From the NCBI GenBank assembly GCA_965655095.1, contig OZ296649.1, positions 29,202,001-29,266,000 of the forward strand: 64,000 nt of DNA. The letters are read 5' to 3'. The translations under genes were made by a program, and so were the position numbers. This document shows, in pieces, positions 46,460 through 59,900 of this stretch (within the stretch, counting starts at the first letter, position 1; each line of letters begins with the position of its first letter). The notes below the pieces were generated by a model. It was not told the origin of the DNA and did not search any database. It saw only the letters and a program-made list of their open reading frames with translations. The DNA is from Haplodiscus bocki. Lineage: Eukaryota.

Positions 46460-48825
46460 TGTTGCAATGCATGTGTAGTTAAGAGAGAGAGCTAGAGATT
46501 GAGATTGGAAATAGTATTTGGTTCTAAATTTCTCTCTCGCGTAGAGTGGTGTGTGACTAAACGCCATTAAGGCGGCTGCTTTCGCACTTCAATTGTTTTG
46601 TTAATCAACAGAACAAAGAACAAGTCTCTAGAAATTTATCTCTCTATGTCCGTTGCCTTGCTAGCTCCGCGAACAAAGATTGCGTAAGTTCAATAGCATG
46701 GACTTCAGGAGCGATGAAAGGATAATAGGAAATGAAATTATTCAATTATTCAGTCAGCCGAAGAAATCCAATAAGTTCAAGTAAAAATGAAAGAGAAACA
46801 GCGCAATTTGGAAACTGAGTCACGTCTCAGTGCAAAAATTGAAGGTGGAGGAAAGAGGGGACGTCAGTATCTATTCTTTTTTGCGTACAGCAGTAGTCTC
46901 TTTCAAAAACATAAAAATTCTCTAGATCCAACAAATTATTCTCTCACAGCAATTTTATCCCCTTTTTGTAACTATTCCTGAAACTCGTCAGCTTAAAAAA
47001 ACTTTTTCAAAAATAACAGTCTTAACAGCAATTGAGGACAAAAGATGATCGATATTAGAATGGTGACATTTTTAAAATAGAAATCTAGAAATAATATCAT
47101 AGATGAAAATTTTTTACAAAAAACTTCGACATAGATGAAATCCATCCAAAATGCCAATAAATTAAAGAATCCCAAAAAAAACAAAATGTACGTTAATCTC
47201 TAAAAAACTCCCAGTTAATGTTGTCTGGGACCTATTCGACACAAGGTAGAGTAATATTGACAAACTCTTTTCTTGTTTGGGCTAGGAAGGAGACTTTGTT
47301 TCGCCAACTTTTCCAGCACTATTTTCAAGGTTGGGTTCAATTTTTGGTAATTTTATTTTTAGTTGTTTATGTTATGTCATATAAAAAAAGTTATCTTTTA
47401 GTATACACTCAGTACTTGCATCAGTACCATAGTAACTGGTTCAAGCAGCTTAGTTTTCCGGAATTTTCCAAACCGTGAATAAATCAGCAGTTTCTTGGCG
47501 AGGTTTTATTTGCTTCAAGTTTTGTCAAATGCTGATGTAAAGAGCTCGCTTTCTAGCGGCAACCCGGTCATGTTCTCTGAGTCCCTTTTTTCCAACCGAG
47601 ATTTTTGTCTAGCGGATTTTATGGATGGGATTTTTTAGAATATTGTGAATGATCATAGAGATATACTCATTCCGAATTAGAATATTCTTTAACTAACGTA
47701 TACCGTTGAGGGAGTTGGGTGATCTGCGCGTAGCTCTGGGACTCTCCTCTTGTGAATCTGACTTGCGAAGAAATTGAAAAGGAAGTTTAGAATCAATGCA
47801 AGGAATGGAATTGTTTGAATGTTGCAAAAGAGACGGTTTCTGCGTACTTAATCCGTATCCCGGAATTTAGAATAAATTCTAAATACCACGGAAACAGACG
47901 AGGTGAGATTTGATCTATGTAACGTCAACTCTCTCTTCCTAGGGACTTCGTAGGGGTCGTGTTGTTCAAGATCCACTCATGCTTCAGAAACGGAGCTTGT
48001 CAGCGGAATCCGCATACGCTAATGCCGAAGCAAGCGTTAGTGGACACTGATTAGACTCCAGCGGCAAGAGTATAGAATAAAAAAAATTGTGCAAATTAAG
48101 ATTCACTCTTGTTGCAGAACCGAAGTTCATCCACGGAATCATCACACGATAATACCGAAGCTAGCGTTAGTGGACACCGTTTAGACTCCGGAGGCAAGAG
48201 TATGCAATTGGTAAGCAGAGAAGAGGGAATTTTTCTGAGTCAGGAAGAAAATGGGACTTAGAATGTTTTTGCGAGATTGGAAAGAATTTGCGGCTAAGAC
48301 AGAATTTGGAATTGTCTTCGAAAATTTTTACAGAATTGGAGTTGGAATTAGAAAGTTTTAGTCCGAAAAGAAGAGACAAGAGGAATTGGACTTACAAAAT
48401 TTTTGTACAAAAGGCAAATGGAGAAGGGGAGTTGGACTTAAAATAATATGTCCAATTAAAAAAGGGAGAAGAAAACTAAAGTAAAGCAAGTCAGAACAGG
48501 AGTAAGGAGTCCCTTCCGCTAATCGGGAAAGCGAATAATGATCAAGTCCGTTTCCCAGATCGACTCCAAAATAACAACATGCTGCCGTTTCATGCAATCA
48601 ATAGGGAAAAAGCTTGTACCAACCATGGTTGGCAGCTGGAGCCAATAGGAAAAAAGCTTCCGTTAGAAGTTTCTTGTAAATATATTTGTGCAACTCCAAT
48701 AGTTACTTAATTCCATCAGCCTTTATATTCTTTTTATATCTTGCATCAGCTCGTCAAAAGGTTAGTTTTAAATGTTTAATCATGTTTCAATTAATTAACG
48801 TTTAAGCGTTATGTGTAACGCGATA
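46460..48825 (-). repeat. 5' LTR (2366 bp)
   Basis: tgttgcaatgcatgtgtagtt...gtaacgcgata; adjacent PBS. Confidence 0.95.
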
Positions 48826-49545
48826 TAAACACAGGAAAAATTCGACGGTTTGATGTGCAAACAAAGTTTTTTGAACGATACTGAATACGAACTTCCTGGG
48901 AAAAAAACCAAACGCGGACTAGAGAAATTCTAAACACTAGAAACACATGAAGTACTCCAGGAATGTAATTTTAAAAGAATATTGAGAAAAATTTGTAGTT
49001 TCTTATCATGAATCGAAAACCCTTTATTGGCAAAAACTAGAAGAGGTTCAAAGAACAAAGTTCATAATACAATCTCAACCTCATTTCTTAAGAGTTGAAG
49101 CTGACAGTACAATAATGAAAACAAACAAGAAAACATACAGCGGAAACCCAGTCTTTCAGAGTCACGACCTTTCTTCAAATCGCAACAAGGAGTAGAAATT
49201 AATAAACTTCTTTTCTTTTCATGCAACAGTAGTATTTTGCTGTTTAAAAATGAATGTTTTATTGGAAGTTATAAGAAAATAGATTGCTTAGTTTTACAAC
49301 AAATGCCAAATTTCTCAAAAATGTATTAGTTTTGATAAAAAAATAGTAAAGGAACTAGAAAAACCTATTTCATCTAAGTTTGCATTAGATGTAGGTCCAG
49401 TACGTAAAACAACTAAAAGATCAACATCCATACCTTCGAAGAAACAAAAAACTTTCAGAAATAACATGCATTTTATTTGGAAGACGATGACCACATTGCA
49501 TTGGATTTCACGGGCGAAACTACAATTTTTACTGTAATACCAACA
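48826..49545 (+). pseudogene. C-terminal part of the minor-capsid (penton)-like gene interrupted by the LTR element
   Basis: GTRKPISSKFALDVGP...FYLEDDDHIALDFTGETTIFTVI (49471-49540); its N-terminus lies at 28678-28820. Confidence 0.55.
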
Positions 49546-50469
49546 ACAGACCCGGCCACCTCCCGAATAATTTGCGCCCTCCAACATTGTTAAAAAACCT
49601 TTTAGAAGGACGAAAACTTTTTCTTCCGGAATACTTTTTTCTGTTTCTCATGAAATCTACTTTCTCCAACTTTAAATATTTTCTGATTTTAGCCAACAAA
49701 ACTTCAACAAAGCTGGAGAGACATTTTAGAGTAGAACTGCCTTTCTAAACAAAATCTAGAAAAATCTTGCCACATTTATTTACTTCGAAAACTTTCAATG
49801 TCTTCTTCAAAAACAAACATCTATTTATGCGAAAAAAACCCAATTTTTGAACGCTTGAGGGTTCGACTATCCCAGTTGCATTCTACGGAAAATTTGTTAC
49901 AATTTTTTGAAAAAAACTACCTTGAGAACGAGCCAACATCGTTTTAGCGCCAGCTCAATTAGCAAACATCGGCTTAAAATAACGCACTTAATTCAGAGGA
50001 AGATTTTGCTTTCATATTTCAAATTTGGTTTAAAAAAATGATTGAATACTCATGTGCATACTTTGATACTTTTGTATACACCCACAAACAAAGTAATCGA
50101 GAATGAATTTCCAAAAACACAAGAAATTTGATAACATTCTTTAAGTGTTTCCAATTGTAAATATCTAACTTTTACAGTATCACTAATTAAAAAGATGTGG
50201 ACTGAAAACGATTCACCCACACAATACAACTCCAGACTTGCAACTTTCTCTTATTCAAAAGATAGTTACCCTAATTTCATAAACACAAAGGGAACCACAA
50301 GAAACATTAGAATTTATATTGAACAAACCGATAAATTCTTTATCCTATGACACCACTTCAATGTTGGAAGGCGATTAACTATCACGACTGACAAGCTTAG
50401 GGGTATTCAGTTCTTTTTTTATTATATTAGATGAAAACAACAATCCCAAAATAAACAAATTTTTAGACG

Positions 50470-51960
50470 ACGATAAGATAATAAATTTGAATAGATCTCT
50501 TCATTTATATGAACATGAAAAAAAATGGTCAAATTAAATTAGGTGAGACGATTATTCAGGAACCAAGACTCTAAATGGAAGATAGATTTGAAAAACTAAA
50601 ATTTTTTAACTTAAATGTAATGAAAAAATCAATAGTATGAAGAAAAGACGAATTAGATTTTTTTTTGGATGACGAAGGTAGTTGTGCTTATGGGAAACGT
50701 TCAACGGAGTAAAAATGATATTTTTTTGAGAAGAAAAGAGATTCCACTGAAACAAAACAACAGGAAAGAAGATAGAAGAACACTTCTGAAACCAAAAGAA
50801 ACAAAAAAATTGACAAAAGATCAACACAATTGCCCTAACAATGGGGATGCCGATTCAAGAAGCCGCTTCCCCTCTCTGAATGCCACAAAATGCTAGTTCT
50901 CTTGTAAGTAAAAAGTTTCAAAAAAATTTGGTAATTTTTTCGAATAGACTAAAGAATTTGTTCAATATTTGAAACTGTTTATGAAAGAAGTTAACCAGAA
51001 GAGATAAATTGATTATCCGAAAAAACTAAAAAACTCGTTGCATCATTGGACAAACAAAAATAAGTCAAGAAGAACTTTCAAAATTTAAATTATGTAAAAC
51101 AAGCAAATTGTCGCCAATGAAAACCATCTTAGAAAAAGAAGAACAAAAATCGAGGCCGGGAAAAACTCATTTCAAAACTTTTATTTTGAATTTTGAAAAA
51201 AACAGATAAAAATAACTTTTTTTGAAAACTTTCTCCTAGATATTGTGATAATCTTATCACTGTTAACAAAACAGAACACGCAGTCCCAACAAAAAAAAGG
51301 AAAGGACAAAGAAGATGATAACTAACATGCAAAAAAATCAAAAACAAAAGAGTACACATAAAAGTTATCTGACAATGATTACGATCTTCCCGAACAAATA
51401 TATTTAGTTAACTGTAAGCAGCAAAAGATGAAGTTTCTAATGATATGATACACAGAAGAGCTAGTTTTTAAAAGAAAGTTCAGAAGTGTTTGACATAAAA
51501 GATCATGAGTCAAAAACATAATAATCGTCAATACTAGAAGAAGCTTATCAATTAACAACTGTTAATGATGCCCCTCACCATTTTATAACAATTACAGCTG
51601 ACCCAACAACAATGAAATTAATTATGATAATAAACAGAGAGAAAGACAATACAGAATTGAACCTTGAAAATACTTCTTCCTTTCTCCGCATTTAAAATTT
51701 TTTTCCAACCGAACGTAGAAAACGAAAAGAAGATTTCAATTGCCACAATTGACAAAGTTCCGCTGAAACGTGATTGATTTCTTAGCAATATTGTTAATGA
51801 CGAAATAAAACGTTTTTATGTGGCACCAGGACGAAAAGGAATTGAAACGCGCAAAATTAAACAGTATAGAAAAAAAATTATTTTAATAATAATAAATTAT
51901 TCTACTTGGCAGATGATGACGAAAACACAGTCAATTACTGAGCTGACACCATGGCGTTTT
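50470..51960 (+). pseudogene. Penton-like paralog remnant
   Basis: IDKVPLKRD...APGRK...FYLADDDENTVNY (51900-51940). Confidence 0.45.
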
Positions 51961-52065
51961 TATACTTTTTTAACTAACTGAACAATCAGAACAGGTTGAA
52001 AAATGTTTTTTTTCTTAAAAACCACAATTGAAGGTTTGTCATTTTCAATTACTAAAATTGCATAT

Positions 52066-53102
52066 ACATTAATCTCATTAAAAGAACAAACAAAACCACA
52101 AGGGACATTGGACTTTATCTTGGAAAGACTAAAAAAACTGTCATAAACTTTTCTTTTGATACCTTTTTGAAGTAAGAAGGCGATTGGCTACTAGGACCAA
52201 CAAGCTCAGAGATATTATTTTTTTATTATTGAAATTGAAAATAACAAATCAGGACTTATGGGGATTCGCAAAGCAAACATGAAAACGATGTCAAGTTTTT
52301 GAACAGAATAATACGTCCAGTTGAAACTGAAAAAAAAGTCAAGTTGTTTTAGTTCGAGGAAAAGATGGAGCACAAGGACTGACTTTCCTTGAATCATTAA
52401 AAAGATAATTGTTTAAGACAAAAAGTGTAATAGGAAACTCATCGAGGATAACGGAAGGAGAAATAAAAAAAAAGTGTTGATAATGGAGGTAGCCTTGCAT
52501 AAGAGGAAATGTTAGATGAATTCAAACCAGCAATGTTTTGAGACTTTGAATGTACTCTAAAAACAAAAAGAAGGGAAGAACGAGAGATTAATTGTATTTC
52601 AAGATAAGGTAATTCTAGTTTATTGAGCAAGAAATTGGATCAAGATTATCCTAAAAAACACCCTTCTTTGGAGACGTAGAAGTTTCAATTTTTTTATTTC
52701 TGTGAACCATTTAACAATGAAAGCAAAATTAGAAACAAAAAAGTATACGATTTGATGAAAAAACATTTCTTAATCTAACACTATATTTTAACACCTATTG
52801 GGAATATATACTTCATATAAGTTAGTCCAGTAGTAAAGTGGTAAATTTAATTACAATTGCGAAATTTTTTTAAAATGTGCTTGTTTTGTAGGAAGTACTG
52901 TAATGGGAGACTACCAATTTCAATCACTTTATTTCACATACAGGCCCAGATTTTGAAATTATCTGTGACTCAGTAACAGAATAAAATTAAAAAAAAACTT
53001 TGTTTGAAGAGTATTATATTCTACTTAATTGAAACGACGAAAGACAAAATTGACTTTAATGGAGAATCTTTGCCCTTTACTTTAATACAAATCAAAATTT
53101 AG
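52066..53102 (+). pseudogene. Penton-like paralog remnant
   Basis: TLISLKEQTKPQGTLDFIL, EGDWLLGPTSSE, and C-terminus IIFYLIETTKDKIDFNGESLPFTLIQIKI*. Confidence 0.55.
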
Positions 53103-53368
53103 ATAAAAGCACTTCGATAAAGGTTTATTTGGTGACATATATGCACTTCTCTTCGATAATTTTGTTCAGATAAATTAAAGAAAACATGAAAAATCAACAG
53201 GTGTCAACTGATTGTGATTTGCAAAATGAGACTATCATTTCTACTTTGTTAATTAAAAAAAGTTGTTGAAGTTGAAGTTTATCTTTGAAACGACAATTCA
53301 AATGAGTTTTCGAAATAAATGGAATCATATGTGGTTGATTTTAATTCACTCTATCAATAAATTTCCTT

Positions 53369-53775
53369 TTGTCCAAAGAAAAATTCAGAAAAAATCCCTT
53401 TCGAGTGGGCGAAAGCCGTTGTTCCGGTAATGTGATTATTGATACTGATAAAAGTAGAACAGATAGGGAATTATCAGTTGGTGAATGCATTAAAGGTAAA
53501 AGAAAGAAATCAATAGCTGTTTATAACAAGTGTCCTGAAGTTGAGTGTTTGGGTATATTCTTTATAACGGTACAGAAATCTTCTACAAATTTAGTCAAAT
53601 AAGTAGCTACAAAATTAAAGAGAAATCCGGGAACAGCCTTGATAATAGGAGCAAAAATTGGTAGCGCAGCAGTTACTAAAAAAAACCTGAATCAGCTTCC
53701 TCTACTATTACTGATGTAATGAACTTTTATTTTGATCAGACTAGAAAAAGAGTACAACTCCAAAAGTTTGTGTTA
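53369..53775 (+). pseudogene. Small basic/amphipathic virion-protein-like remnant
   Basis: GECIKGKRKKSI..ECLGIFF..VATKLKRNPGTALIIGAKIGSAAVTK resembles Polinton-like core/lytic ORFs. Family assignment from memory only. Confidence 0.35.
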
Positions 53776-54129
53776 ATAGAGGACTGCTACTATGGTATAA
53801 CTATCTGCACCTTGAAATAAAAACGAAAAATTCATACTTTATCTTGAAAACGTGTGTGAAACAGTTTTAGTTGATTAGAGTGCAGGTATTTTTTCCACAC
53901 ATTGTTTCCCCTTCAAATATTTCGGATGAACTTTTCTATCGACAAAGAAACTTTTCCCAGTACTTTACAACTATCTGCTCGAATCAAACCATTCACTGTT
54001 GCTAAAGAGAGATTTGCAGTGGAAAACAACGATATGAATAATTTTAATTTTTTTTAGCAAAAATTTAAAAGGATCACATTCCTACACCAAAGCCGAGAAC
54101 TCCAAACCAAGAAAAAAATTTTAAAATGT

Positions 54130-54420
54130 AAATAAAATGTTACCCGTTTATCACGTTTTACCTTTTATTGCTACAAGTTCTGTTTCTGTTACATTAACTA
54201 TTACTGATTTTGGCTTGATTTTAATGCTTTATCCAACTGGTGCAGCCTGTGGTTTAACTTCAATGAAAAAATCGCTAATGAAATAACTACGAATGAACAG
54301 AACAGATATAAAAAAAATATATCAGAGATCTCAACTAAAAATTTGTGAAAGTTGTAAAGAAGCGGTTTTGAAGAAAATGTGGTTTGTGAAAAAGACTATG
54401 AATCTATGTATACTAAGTTT
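54130..54420 (+). pseudogene. Hydrophobic-hairpin membrane protein remnant of the type seen in Polinton/adintovirus-like elements
   Basis: FIATSSVSVTLTITDFGLILMLYPTGAACGL. Confidence 0.35.
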
Positions 54421-56479
54421 ACAAAAAACTTCAAAAAAAATAGAAATGATTCGTCGTTGGGAAAAAGTTCGGAACAATCTTTTTAGTGAAACTGAAAACA
54501 AATTGAACTCAAATGTTTCCGGGACGGGAAACTAGAAGACAACTTAGACTTCTTCCAGAAAGTGATATGAAATAGAATAACAATTACAGTTTTCAAAAAT
54601 GAGATTTTTTGGAGGTTGTAAAAGCAAGTTTAGAAGGTCAAAGTTTTTGTTAACTATTTTTTAAAAGGTTGTAAAAATGGCTCGTGAAGAACTTGAGTTT
54701 TATTGAAAAACTTCTAGTGAAAAAAATTATCAACACCTAAATTTAAAAAAAAGAAACAAATTTTAATTTTAAGACTAATCTTGTAATTAAAAAACGGGAA
54801 AACTTTGACAAGGCCAACTGTTCGCAAAACCTTCGCAGCAATCGATATAAATTCAAAATAACTAGATGACTTGAACGAAAGAAAATTGCAAAAAAGTTTG
54901 CGAGCGTTTCCGAGAAAAATTTAGTTAATGAAGAATAAAAAAGCGGAATTCTAGATTTTGTTGTTTCTGAAAAAATGTTGGATTTTTATCAAATAACAGC
55001 AGATCCAATTTTTACAAGATGGCGACATCAAGCGTTTTGAAATTTAATTTTTGCGATTTTGATCAATCCGAATTTTACGTTCCGGAATGAAATATAAAAA
55101 ATTAATAGTAACACATCTTTAGTCACACAAACTGCCAAAAAATGCGGAAGGTTTTTGTAGAAACAATACTAGATTTGATATAAGTTGACGAACTTCGAGA
55201 GTTTTGTGATGGAGTATGAAAAAACAAAGATCAGAATTGTCTTCATATACATGATGTTATCAAAAAAATGCACGTAAATTTAGTCTTTGTAATGAAAACA
55301 GACCAATTTTGTTTTCTGAGTGTATACCAGAGACCAAACTTCTCCACTATACTCAAAAAAATTTGTTGCAAAAGTAACATCAAAAGAAACCGACCGGCCT
55401 TAAAGTCTAGCAACCTCACGAATAGAATTTTAACAGTTATGATTCAACAAAAATTAGGTGAACGGGATATCATTACGATAATGTAGACCTTTTGAACCGC
55501 AAAAAGATACGATAATGGTACGAGTAAAAATTATTTGCAAAATCCCCTCTGCATTTTCAACTTTTGACGATATTTTGGAAAGACTTTTTCAAAATTCACC
55601 TACAAAAGAAAAAACAACTTATTTGAGTTACACAGACTCAAACGTAACTACTGCAATTAATTAATTTACAAGAAGTAAACACGCAGAAGACCTTCTTCAA
55701 AAAAAGAAGCAAGAGAGTCAGATCCATTTAAAAAGGTATTAGCTAGCATAGCGTATGTTACAACCTAAAACCGTAAAAATCCCAAATTGCATATAAAGGA
55801 GAAGCTGACGCACAAGAAAGATATCTTCACAAAAGAACGGCCGACTAAAAAACTGACCGGTTATAAATTTTTTTTCATAATGATGACAATCCTTTTAATC
55901 TCATTGAGTGATCTTTTAGATCCATCTAATGATATCTAATAGTAATTGCAATGAAAAAAACTTTGTTCCTAAAACATTTTCGAAACTTTGAAAGAAAAGA
56001 ATTTCAACGTATGGAGAAAAGACCATACATTATAACAGATAAGCGGGTTTAGAAACTTCTGCTTTGCCCCAGAAAAAATAACCTTTTGAAAAAACTGAAA
56101 CAGAGGGTAGTATTCCATGTAGTTCGGAAAAAATAAGTGTAGATAATGAAAAAGACGAAGCCCAAAATGCTAGTGCACATTTACACGCATTTCTGAAACT
56201 AACAGCTTGGAGACAGGCATTCCTTTTGCGGATGATGAGTTGAATAACTATAATGAAAATCCATTCACTTCAGTTTGGGATCTCTGGGCTCTGAAAATCC
56301 AGATGAAATATGTAATACAAAACAATTAACATTAAAAGGAAAGAAACTTGGAAGTGATAAAAAAGATTCGAATCGAAGTGTTTGCTAAATTGAAATTAAT
56401 ATAGAAAAATGATATACCAGCAAAATATCAACAAAAAAATTAATTCCATTTTCAACTAATTGAAATGATATTGTATAGG

Positions 56480-57680
56480 TGATCTGAAGAACAACATGGT
56501 TGACAGATCAATCATTAATCGAGATTTTATTTGTCATACTCCTCAATCAAAACTGGCTGCAGATACAACGAACAAACACAATTAATTGATATAGCAATAG
56601 GAGAATTAGTAATATCCTTAAACATCAGCTTTCTTGAACTGGAGTTTGGTCTAAAACTGTTAATTGCTGATGCAAGTGTTGCAGATGATGCTAAGACAAG
56701 ATTAGTTACAAAAACTGATCAAGCACACAAAATTAGCTTAATGTATAACTTGTGTACTACCGCCCGAGGCAATCATACCTTTTCTATAAGATTTGCTTGT
56801 GATTTTGCTGGTCGTGTAAAAGAATGTATTGTTGCTAAGGAGACTTAACAGTTAATTTCAATTAAGGTTTTTGTTAAAATATGTTTTCCGTTTTGTGAAC
56901 ATCAAGTGATTCCTACAAAAATATTAGGTTATAAATTGAATATCAAGATATATTTTGATAGAACTGTATTATCACGAGCGGCTGGTACAGATGATGAAGA
57001 CATTCTTTTAAAAACTTTTAGTTGGTAAAACCGACGCTACACTAGACGCGAAATTTATCAAATTTTAAATAAAGGCACTATTTTGACAAAAAATTTCACT
57101 TTGAATTGTCTTTTATCGAAAGATCTTTTTATTTGGAGGAGGTACCACAACAAAAAGGATGGAAAAAAGAAAAAGTTGAAGGAAGTGGAATTGAAGTACC
57201 TCTTTACGTTATAATAAGACTTAAACAAAGAAAAGGACAAGACAACCAACTACTATACAATGATTTCTGCTGTAGACCTCCGGTTAATTCTGTTCAATAT
57301 AATTCTGGAAATGGAGAATTTCTGTACGCCGGTATAAATATAAACGTTGCTGATGATACATGCTGTCAACTTCATGTTCAAAACGTATCTTGTTTCAAGC
57401 TTTTCACAAAAACTGACATCCCATAGCCATTTATAAGTAAAGAAGACAATGTAACTAATAATTTCGATGCTACTGGTCAAAAACTGATGAAATTGGGTAT
57501 AACTTGATTGTTTCTATTACGCGTTACCACAAAAAAGTTCTGCTGTTTAACCTATTTAAGTGAATTTTTCATTGCTGAAACAGTTCTGGCTGGTAGAGCT
57601 GGATATGATCTTGTTTTTCAAAAAAAATTAACTAGCGGTGATGGAAAAATTTTTCTGGACTGGAAACTTTTTTTATAGCT
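56480..57680 (+). pseudogene. Major capsid protein (double-jelly-roll type) remnant
   Basis: ISLNISFLELEF, TRLV, AHKISLMYNL, LGYKL, SFIERSFYLEEV, VPLYVIIRLKQR, NDFCCRPPV, YAGININ, IGYNL, SGDGK motifs in collinear order over ~1.2 kb. Confidence 0.55.
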
Positions 57681-57749
57681 GTACATTTGAGAAGGTGATT
57701 TTAATTATACCCACAGGGTTGTTTCAGTTACAATCATGCAATTCCCGTT

Positions 57750-59900
57750 GTCACCAGATGACTTCAATGCTATCCTTAAAACTGCTCCTAAATACTTGTC
57801 TTTTATGATAGTTACTTAATTAATTTTGGTGTTGTTTTCTACTTATCAGACAATTAAGAGCATCTCCATAATCAGTTTCAATTCTGGATCCTTCCAAAAA
57901 TCTTTTAGGTTCGTTCTATTTTCCCAGTTATTAAAGGGTTTAAATGAAAATGCGTAGGCTTATTCTCAATCCGAAAAATTAAGATTTTCTTTTTTGACAT
58001 TACCAAAAACTATCATTCGCATTTGGGAAAAAGTAAAAACTTTTATCTGAGTTACGGAAAACTGAAACACGTTTCCTCATTTTTTAAATCTCTGAAAATG
58101 TCAATCATCTTTGAACTAGGAATGAATGAGGCATGGTCCACATGTCGTTCTAGAGTTTTGAGAATTCGTTTCAAACTATTATATGTTTCTCACAGCCATA
58201 ACTTTCAATAACCTAAGTTGCATAAAAACTAAAAATGCGTTTATTAAATGGTAATGCCTCTTTTTCAAAAAAATAGGCAGTCAAAGACGATCATGGGATT
58301 CGATTTCCGTGATTTTTGTTTCTGGTTCTTCATATATATCCTCAGTGTCTTCGGAGTTAAAAACTTTTTTCTTTCCTTTTTTACGCCTCCTTTTTCAATA
58401 AGAGGCATTGCTTAAATGTATTGATTGCTCTCTTAGAATTTTTTTGATGCTGCTGTTTTTTCGATGTTTTCTTTTGTACTGTTTTTGCTGGAGACTTTTC
58501 TGCAGAAACTATTACACTTGTATTCTGGGGGCAAAACGGAAAAAACCAAGGTGGACCTTTTTCTCAGATTATTCATGACGTAAGTCAACTTCCACAGCTT
58601 ATCCAATCTTAGCATTATCTTGAGCAACAGGTAATCCATCTAGATTGACATTATCTTCAAATTTCATCTCGTTGTGCGGTAAAGCTTGAGACATGCCAAA
58701 TCCGCCTAAAATAATTTCGTCTATGTAAATTTTTACTTTGTCTGCATCAGAAACAAAATACTATAAAAAGAACAAATCTGGATCTTTTTTTCAACAGATC
58801 AGTTTTAATGTTTTTTAATTGAACGTTCCGTTTATAACCAGGCGAAGAAAAAAAAAGTTCAGACCATTTCTTCTCCCTATTAAGAGTTCCAAAAAACTCT
58901 GCAATTGTATCAACTAACTATAGAACATCTGAATTTTTGTGAAAAATAGATGCTTGCCAGTCCTAGGATTCAGTTTGTCCTTTTTTAGAAATTTCTGTCT
59001 ATTTCAGCTTGTGCAGGTTTCCTCATAGACAATTTTGGGTAATAACTTTTCGTTTTATTTCCGTTAATCGGTTTGTCATAATTTTCTTCCTCGTGGAAAT
59101 ATTCAAAAAGTTGAGCTAGTTCTTCGAGTAAAAAGTTCAACATTGTTAACTTATTCTTTTTTTTGTTGTCATGCAGGCTTCTGCGTCTCAAAAGCTCAGT
59201 AATTTATCTTAAGTTCTGAATATCTACATGAATCCGAAGATTTGAAATAGCCAGAACTTAAAGAAAAAAATTTGTGCGGTAGTAAGAACTGTATTCAATT
59301 TTATCCAACTTTAACGTTTTTTATCAATTTTAACGTTTTTTTTGCAGTAAAATTTAAGTTTTTGATTCCGCTTCCCATTTTTATGTTTTCATCAGTTTCT
59401 TTGAAAAACTATAGGCATTTCGTTTTCTAGTTCTTGCGCTTTATTTACAAACCAATCTCAACAATCATCTCTAAAGTAAAGAAAACAACCAGATGGAAAA
59501 ACTTCAAGTAAATCCAAATTTCCATGAAAATTAGTTCAGAGTGGTAATTTATGATGAAGTTTGCTATAAATAACTCCCTTGTTTTCCTTTTTATTATCAC
59601 ATCACTCTCCGAATCAGAAAAAGGTCCCAAAAAGTATGAAGTTTTCTGAAAAAAATGCGATTGGTGAAAATTTTCTCCCCGTGTCTTTTCAAAATAAAAA
59701 GCGTACTTTTCGAGGGTTCTCATTTATGATTCAAAAAAAGTCTTACACAACACAATGGCTTCAAACACTGCTTACAAAGAAAAGATTTGTTCGAATCAGA
59801 TTCATCATCCATCATCTTGAAAAAAAACAAGTAAGTTTTTGAATGAATGATGTCTCCAGTTTATAAACCTGTTACAATTGTCTTTTTACATGGTTTCTTA
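57750..59900 (-). pseudogene. Protein-primed family B DNA polymerase remnant
   Basis: WFVNKAQELENEM, FKSSDSCRY (FIDS-like), LTMLNFLLEELAQLFEYF (DVLLL..FE.F-like), IYIDEIILGGFGMSQALP (YxDxNxLYGxAMSQxLP-like), FRFAP. Confidence 0.55.

Larger units (their letters stand above)
28981..48825 (-). mobile_element. 19.8-kb Ty3/Gypsy (Metaviridae-like) LTR element with env and accessory genes; decayed copy
   Basis: Two ~2.36-kb direct repeats; PBS next to the right LTR; order gag-PR-RT-RH-IN (Ty3/Gypsy order); env-like gene and further ORFs downstream; many premature stops and frameshifts. Confidence 0.96.

Noticed and set aside
55700-56050. Packaging ATPase of the Polinton-like element
   Set aside because: Only a faint DIFTK-like trace; no Walker A or B motif is readable.
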